Shown here one piece after another: positions 15,260 to 20,000 of a stretch of DNA of 20,000 nucleotides (the first letter of the stretch is position 1; each line of letters starts with the position of its first letter). The notes under the pieces are model-generated. The model made no database searches, was not told the DNA's origin, and saw only the letters and a list, made by a program, of their open reading frames with translations. A program made the position numbers and the translations under genes. The stretch comes from an uncultured virus (IMG/VR IMGVR_UViG_3300017722_003044) (lineage: Duplodnaviria > Heunggongvirae > Uroviricota > Caudoviricetes): the IMG/VR virus record IMGVR_UViG_3300017722_003044; one strand, 5' to 3'.

Positions 15260-16408
15260 ATGAAATTACTAATCAACAACAAAGAACTGGCATATTTCCT
15301 TTGTAGTCTACTTTCTTTTTTTCAAATAGCTAGAGCACAAGTCACATATGACACGAGAGAAAGTGCTAATCATATTAAACTTATCAAAAGAAATATTAGA
15401 TTACACAGACGTCATCTAAGAAAGTTGCGTAATTCTGGTGAGGTTAAACACGTGGAGCAAGCAAATAATGAAAGATTTAGTTTTGGCAAGTGGCCAGGCA
15501 AGTTGGAAAAAATTCTATATCGAGAGTTGTGTACATACGTGGGAAAAATATGGGAGAAAATGGATAGTCAGCATAGCCAATATTTTGAATTAATACACAA
15601 CAACATGGACCAGGTTATAGCAGTGTTGGGAGAACAGCGTGTGCTTGACCTTTACAAAAAAAGCAAGTACAAATATTTTGTCAAGAGCACTGGTGACACC
15701 ATAGACCCTCACGCAGAATATGTGCGCAGACAAAATTTTACCAATTACTCTGAGGACTGTTTGATTAGAAATACCACAGGCAACGAGCAACTGCTAACAG
15801 AAAAGATTGATAAAAAATATCCTATGTGGTTCATAGACAGCGGCTACACCAACTTTTTAGAATCCAATAAAAAATGGCACAGACTGGTACGCAATCACAT
15901 ACATCATGATCAGATGTTTGAAGCGCCTGTGGACAGACTGGCCAACTTTGCAAGTTTCCCCCGACCTTGGCGTGAGTCAGGAGAAAAAATACTGATCATA
16001 GAGCCAGGTCCTTTTGCTGCCAGTATATTTCATGTGGATCTTAAAACGTGGAAATATGATGTGGAGCGTGAATTAAAAAAATACACAGACAAGAAGATTG
16101 TGTTCAGAGAAAAAGCAGAGAAAAAGATACGCACCAGTCTTGTGGAAGAACTTCGCAATGAAGATTATTACTGTGTGGTCAGTATCAATTCCAATGCTGC
16201 CACAGAGGCCATTTGGAGTGGTATTCCTGTGATCACATTGGATCGTCATATCACCACACCAGTATCACGCAATAAACTTGCAGACATTAATAATTTACAC
16301 AAACCACATCTAGCCAGATGGTTGTGTGCTGTGAGTTACAGTCAGTTTACCCAAGATGAATTGTATGATGGTACTGCTATAAAAATTGCGAGGAAATATC
16401 ATGTCTAA
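15260..16408 (+). CDS. Putative GT-B glycosyltransferase, capsule-synthesis (KpsC/KpsS-like) type, with an N-terminal extension
   Basis: 'WFIDSGY', 'ILIIEP', 'IVFREK', 'CVVSINSNAATEAIWSGIPVITL' match the C-terminal Rossmann motif of this group. Confidence 0.65.
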   Translation: MKLLINNKELAYFLCSLLSFFQIARAQVTYDTRESANHIKLIKRNIRLHRRHLRKLRNSGEVKHVEQANNERFSFGKWPGKLEKILYRELCTYVGKIWEKMDSQHSQYFELIHNNMDQVIAVLGEQRVLDLYKKSKYKYFVKSTGDTIDPHAEYVRRQNFTNYSEDCLIRNTTGNEQLLTEKIDKKYPMWFIDSGYTNFLESNKKWHRLVRNHIHHDQMFEAPVDRLANFASFPRPWRESGEKILIIEPGPFAASIFHVDLKTWKYDVERELKKYTDKKIVFREKAEKKIRTSLVEELRNEDYYCVVSINSNAATEAIWSGIPVITLDRHITTPVSRNKLADINNLHKPHLARWLCAVSYSQFTQDELYDGTAIKIARKYHV

Positions 16409-17324
16409 ACTGACCACAGTATCATATTTAGACATATTACCCCCACACAACAAGAGCGAAGAAAAATCCAACATATTGAAATTTTTTCATCAAGGAGTTA
16501 ATGCAGCAGGAGACACAGGCATATTGCTGAAAGGATTCAACTGTGTACCCTGTGATGTGGCCTGCATCATGGGATATGTGCATAAGGATGGCAAACATTT
16601 GCCTCATTTGGATTTGAGACAAAAAATATTGGATTATCAAAAACAATCTGGCAAAAAGACACTTATCGCAGACAGTAACTTATTTTTATACATGAACAAA
16701 GATAATCCTTTACATTATCTAAGATACAGTTTCGATGGAGTATTTCCCACCACAGGATTTTATTTTGATAAGGATGTGAATGCTGATAGATGGATCAAAA
16801 TAAGTAGGGCTATGAATATCACTTTGAAACCTTATAGAACTGTGGGCAATCACATACTGATTTGTTTGCAACGCAATGGTGGATGGAGCATGGCGGGATT
16901 GAGTGTGATTGATTGGTTGGACGCTACTGTGAAAAAAATACAACAAGTTTCCAGTAGGCCTATTGTGGTAAGACCACATCCAGGTGATAAAAAAATTATG
17001 CGTATTTTAAAATTAAAATATAACAATGTTACATTGAGCAATAAAGCTAGTCTGTTGCAGGATCTACAGAACGCTTGGGCCACTGTGGTATATAATAGTT
17101 CACCCAGCGTGGCCAGTGTCATAGAAGGAGTACCTGCGTTTATCACAGATCCTGAACCTCGTCACAGTCAAAGCTACGCAGTGGCTAATATGGATTTGAG
17201 TCAGATTGAAAATCCCATATTACATGAGCGTCAAACCTGGGTGGAACGTCTAGCCATGTGTCATTGGAACTTTGCTGAAATGCAATCAGGTGAAGCATGG
17301 AATTTTTTTAGGAGATACGTATGA
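16401..17324 (+). CDS. Putative GT-B glycosyltransferase, capsule-synthesis-like, distant paralogue of the previous gene
   Basis: 'ILICLQ', 'IVVRPHPGD', 'ATVVYNSSPSVASVIEGVPAFI', 'HWNFAEMQSGEAW'. Start moved to the ATG at 16401, which has AGGA at 16391-16394 and an 8-nt overlap with the upstream gene. Confidence 0.7.
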   Translation: MSKLTTVSYLDILPPHNKSEEKSNILKFFHQGVNAAGDTGILLKGFNCVPCDVACIMGYVHKDGKHLPHLDLRQKILDYQKQSGKKTLIADSNLFLYMNKDNPLHYLRYSFDGVFPTTGFYFDKDVNADRWIKISRAMNITLKPYRTVGNHILICLQRNGGWSMAGLSVIDWLDATVKKIQQVSSRPIVVRPHPGDKKIMRILKLKYNNVTLSNKASLLQDLQNAWATVVYNSSPSVASVIEGVPAFITDPEPRHSQSYAVANMDLSQIENPILHERQTWVERLAMCHWNFAEMQSGEAWNFFRRYV

Positions 17325-18034
17325 AATTAGAAATTATTACCAGCTTCAATCAAAAATATTATGATCTGATAGGCAAGGATGCTGTGGATTCTTGGTTGAA
17401 ATATTGGCCTGAGGAGTACAGTCTTACTTGCTATGTGGAAGAATTTACTATGCCTGAACACTCTCGAATCAAACAGATACCATTTGACAATTTGTGTAAA
17501 GAATATTTTGAATTTCAAAAAACATCTGTCAAACAAATAAACAAATTTGCTAAGAAGGCATTTACTTTTATACACGCCATGGAGAATTCCACAGCCGATA
17601 GAATCATATGGTTGGATGCAGATGTGATAACCTTACAAGCATTGCCAAAATCTTTATTATTGAAAATTTTACCTATAGATGTGCTCAGTACTCATATGGG
17701 AGTGATCTATTATGCAGATAAATCTGGTAACCCTGGTCAATGGTTTGTGCCTGAAACAGGATTCTTTGCAATCAACACTCAACACGCAGTATTTGAAAAT
17801 TTTAAAACTGAATACAAACGTCATTATGTAGAAAAAGATCATAAACAGTTGAGAAGATTTTATGACAATGATGTATATGGATACGTGTTTGAAAAATTAA
17901 AAGCTCCTGGTTATGATTTGAGTAACAAATTGTATAAAGGTTATAAAACACCGCTACCACACACTGAATTAGCAATGTATTTGAAACATTACAAGGCCAA
18001 AGGCAGTAAAAAAATATACATAAAAAATAAATAA
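17321..18034 (+). CDS. Putative GT-A (DxD) glycosyltransferase
   Basis: 'IITSFN', 'KFAKKAF', 'IIWLDADV', 'ETGFFAIN', 'FYDNDVYG', 'LKHYKA'. ATGA overlap with the upstream gene. Confidence 0.78.
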   Translation: MKLEIITSFNQKYYDLIGKDAVDSWLKYWPEEYSLTCYVEEFTMPEHSRIKQIPFDNLCKEYFEFQKTSVKQINKFAKKAFTFIHAMENSTADRIIWLDADVITLQALPKSLLLKILPIDVLSTHMGVIYYADKSGNPGQWFVPETGFFAINTQHAVFENFKTEYKRHYVEKDHKQLRRFYDNDVYGYVFEKLKAPGYDLSNKLYKGYKTPLPHTELAMYLKHYKAKGSKKIYIKNK

Positions 18035-18136
18035 AATTTTTAAACTCTAAAGAAAGAAAATAATAATAATCGTATAATTAATTTTAAAATGTAAATTAAT
18101 AAATTTATTAAAATAATTAAATTTTGAAAAATTAAT

Positions 18137-18778
18137 ATGAAAGAAAACGAAAAAAAAATTTACTCCCAAAACGGTGAAGATGGTATTATTGAACACATTT
18201 TTAAAAAAATAGGTACTACAAATAAAATTGCTGTAGAATTTGGAGTAACTGCTGGGGGTAACGGATCACAAACAAATACAAGATATCTTTTAGAACAAGG
18301 GTGGACTGCTTATTGGTTTGATATTGAAAAAATTGATAATATATTGCCTAATTGTATTTTTAAAGTAAAATTTTTAACTACTAAAAATATAATTGAAACT
18401 TTTAAAGAATCAAATATTCCAAATGAATTTGATTTATTATCAATAGATATTGATGGCAACGATTATCATATTAGAGAAGCATTATCAGAATATAGCCCTA
18501 GAGTATGTATTATGGAATATAATGGATATTATCCTCCTACAGTTGAGTACGTTATGAATTATAATGAATCCTATAGATGGAAGGGGAAAAAAGATATTTC
18601 ATTTGGAGCTAGTTTATTATCATATACTAAACAAGCAAATAGATTAGGATATGATTTAGTATATTGTGATAAGAATGGTGTCAATGCTTTTTTTATACGT
18701 CGTGATATAAATGTATTTCCTGTTCTTACTGCTGAAGAAGCCTATGTAAAATTATATTGGACAGCAGAATTTAAATAG
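18137..18778 (+). CDS. Putative SAM-dependent methyltransferase (FkbM-like)
   Basis: 'YSQNGEDGII', 'AVEFGV..G', 'FDLLSIDIDGNDY', 'PRVCIMEYN', 'GASL', 'GYDLV...GVNAFF'. Confidence 0.8.
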   Translation: MKENEKKIYSQNGEDGIIEHIFKKIGTTNKIAVEFGVTAGGNGSQTNTRYLLEQGWTAYWFDIEKIDNILPNCIFKVKFLTTKNIIETFKESNIPNEFDLLSIDIDGNDYHIREALSEYSPRVCIMEYNGYYPPTVEYVMNYNESYRWKGKKDISFGASLLSYTKQANRLGYDLVYCDKNGVNAFFIRRDINVFPVLTAEEAYVKLYWTAEFK

Positions 18779-19487
18779 TTGTAATATTACTTTTTTGTTT
18801 TTTACCCCAATAATGATAAAAAAACTTTTCCAAATTAGAATCTTCAAATCCACAATAACTTTTACCACTAGTGTGCTGACCATTCCAAAGATTTAAGTAT
18901 TTAAAATTATTTTTTTCTAAAATTTTATCTAAAACATAAGTGTCATATTTTCTTACAATTTCTAAAATGTCTTTAGATCTGTAAAAATTTTCATATTGAT
19001 TTAAAAAATTTTTAAATTGTGCATGTTTCAAATTAAAAGCAATAAATCCTGTGTCTAATCCCAAATCGACCAAGTATGGATTTTCCCATTTGTTTATACT
19101 TTTGTCGTATTGTACGATTTTATTATTAACACTGATAATCTCATCAACATTAGGAATTAATTCTTCAACTATTGGTGCTTTAATCACTCGTACATCAGCA
19201 TCCAACCATATGCAAAAATCATATGTTTCCATAGTTTGTTTTATAGCAGATAGTATTGACCTACTTTTCTTCCAAAATTTAATTTCATTTCCTGATAATA
19301 TAGATGGACATTCATTTAAATTTATATTAGATTCAATTACTCTACAGTCTCCTTTCAACGAAGGAACCAAATCATCTACGTAAAAATTAACATCTCCTGG
19401 TAATAAATCCCAAGTATGTTTTACTTTATTAAAAATAGCATTATAATATTCGTTATTGAATCCAGTATTCCAAGATATTTTTAACAT
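18771..19487 (-). CDS. Putative GT-A (DxD) glycosyltransferase, paralogue of 17321-18034
   Basis: 'TGFNNEYY', 'KFWKKS', 'CIWLDADV', 'DTGFIAFN', 'YDTYVL', 'YHYWG' are colinear with the motifs of the + strand copy. Confidence 0.78.
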   Translation of the reverse strand: MLKISWNTGFNNEYYNAIFNKVKHTWDLLPGDVNFYVDDLVPSLKGDCRVIESNINLNECPSILSGNEIKFWKKSRSILSAIKQTMETYDFCIWLDADVRVIKAPIVEELIPNVDEIISVNNKIVQYDKSINKWENPYLVDLGLDTGFIAFNLKHAQFKNFLNQYENFYRSKDILEIVRKYDTYVLDKILEKNNFKYLNLWNGQHTSGKSYCGFEDSNLEKFFYHYWGKKQKSNITTI

Positions 19488-19489
19488 TT

Positions 19490-20000
19490 TTATTTTTTAA
19501 TTGTAGGCTTATGCCAGTAGTTAGGATAGTTTTGTAGAACGTTTTGTATGAATTCTGGATAAACCACATCGATAACTTTAGAAACACATTTATGATTGAT
19601 TGCCGTTTGAGTATCTTTTCTTTTGAATGCTTCTAATACTTCTAATGGATTGCGATGATCAGTTTCTATGCAACTTATAACTTTATTTTTTATAATATCG
19701 TCAGATCCCATCCATGTCCAATGCCATCCTACAGGTTCATCTAAACTTATACAATGATTGCGATCTTTACGTTTTACAATATCTTTACTTCCTTTATATA
19801 GGTCATGTGGAGTTTCAAACATATTTTTTTTAGCTACAACGTTTCCTTTCCAACCCCTTTCAAGTTTTTGATCAAATTTATACATATACATTTCTAGTCC
19901 ACAACTAACCGGTTTATTATGTTGTTCAATTGCGTCAATTATTTTTTGAAATTTATTAGGATTAATAATTTCATCTAAATCGCCGTGAATTATTAAATCA
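19490..20000 (-). CDS. Glycosyltransferase family 17-like protein (beta-1,4-GlcNAc transferase type), 5' end outside the window
   Basis: The frame stays open from 19999 and reads DLIIHGDLDEIINP...GLEMYMYKFD, giving the GT17-type 'DxDEI' motif, then 'GWHWTWMG'. The ORF-track start at 19891 is an internal Met. Confidence 0.75.
   Translation of the reverse strand, partial: DLIIHGDLDEIINPNKFQKIIDAIEQHNKPVSCGLEMYMYKFDQKLERGWKGNVVAKKNMFETPHDLYKGSKDIVKRKDRNHCISLDEPVGWHWTWMGSDDIIKNKVISCIETDHRNPLEVLEAFKRKDTQTAINHKCVSKVIDVVYPEFIQNVLQNYPNYWHKPTIKK

Noticed and set aside
16386..16400. TTG start given by the ORF track for the 312-aa ORF
   Set aside because: The ATG at 16401 has an SD-like AGGA and a typical short overlap with the upstream gene, so it is the better start.
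815..17575. Many short minus-strand and alternate-frame ORFs in the track (e.g. 815-1060, 4916-5254, 13086-13571, 7583-7810, 11718-11951, 15103-15306)
   Set aside because: They lie within or across well-supported + strand genes, have no motifs or start signals, and are the expected shadow ORFs.
19051..19383. 110-aa + strand ORF
   Set aside because: Antisense shadow of the minus-strand DxD glycosyltransferase, which carries the recognisable motifs.
1..20000. Stop-codon reassignment as seen in some large phages
   Set aside because: Core genes are full length under the standard code, and TAG (7963, 18776) and TGA (17322) end genes at sensible boundaries.
1..20000. CRISPR array, tRNA or rRNA genes
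   Set aside because: Intergenic gaps are at most about 115 bp, and none shows regularly spaced repeats with spacers or a cloverleaf with T-loop consensus.

Overview
Segment of a large T4-like (contractile-tailed) bacteriophage genome, AT-rich and densely coding, with all three stop codons used normally. Positions 132-12307 (+) form a late morphogenesis block: enlarged tail sheath, tail tube, a tube-fold baseplate protein, gp4-like head completion nuclease, small and large terminase, and three uncharacterised proteins that look like protease-matured head proteins. Positions 12421-15199 (+) form a gp32 SSB / UvsX / ORF70 / UvsY recombination module. Positions 15260-20000 hold a glycan-modification island of five glycosyltransferase-like genes and one methyltransferase, whose right part is more AT-rich and partly on the opposite strand. 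The most notable signals are: (i) a T4-late-promoter-like TAAATA box 4-8 nt before the ATG of seven genes that have no SD sequence, suggesting leaderless late mRNAs, while sheath and tube keep SD leaders; (ii) an 894-aa protein that reads as a string of small modules separated by candidate prohead-protease Glu sites; (iii) an atypical gp32 with a structured, repetitive leader. All family assignments are from recalled motifs; no searches were run.
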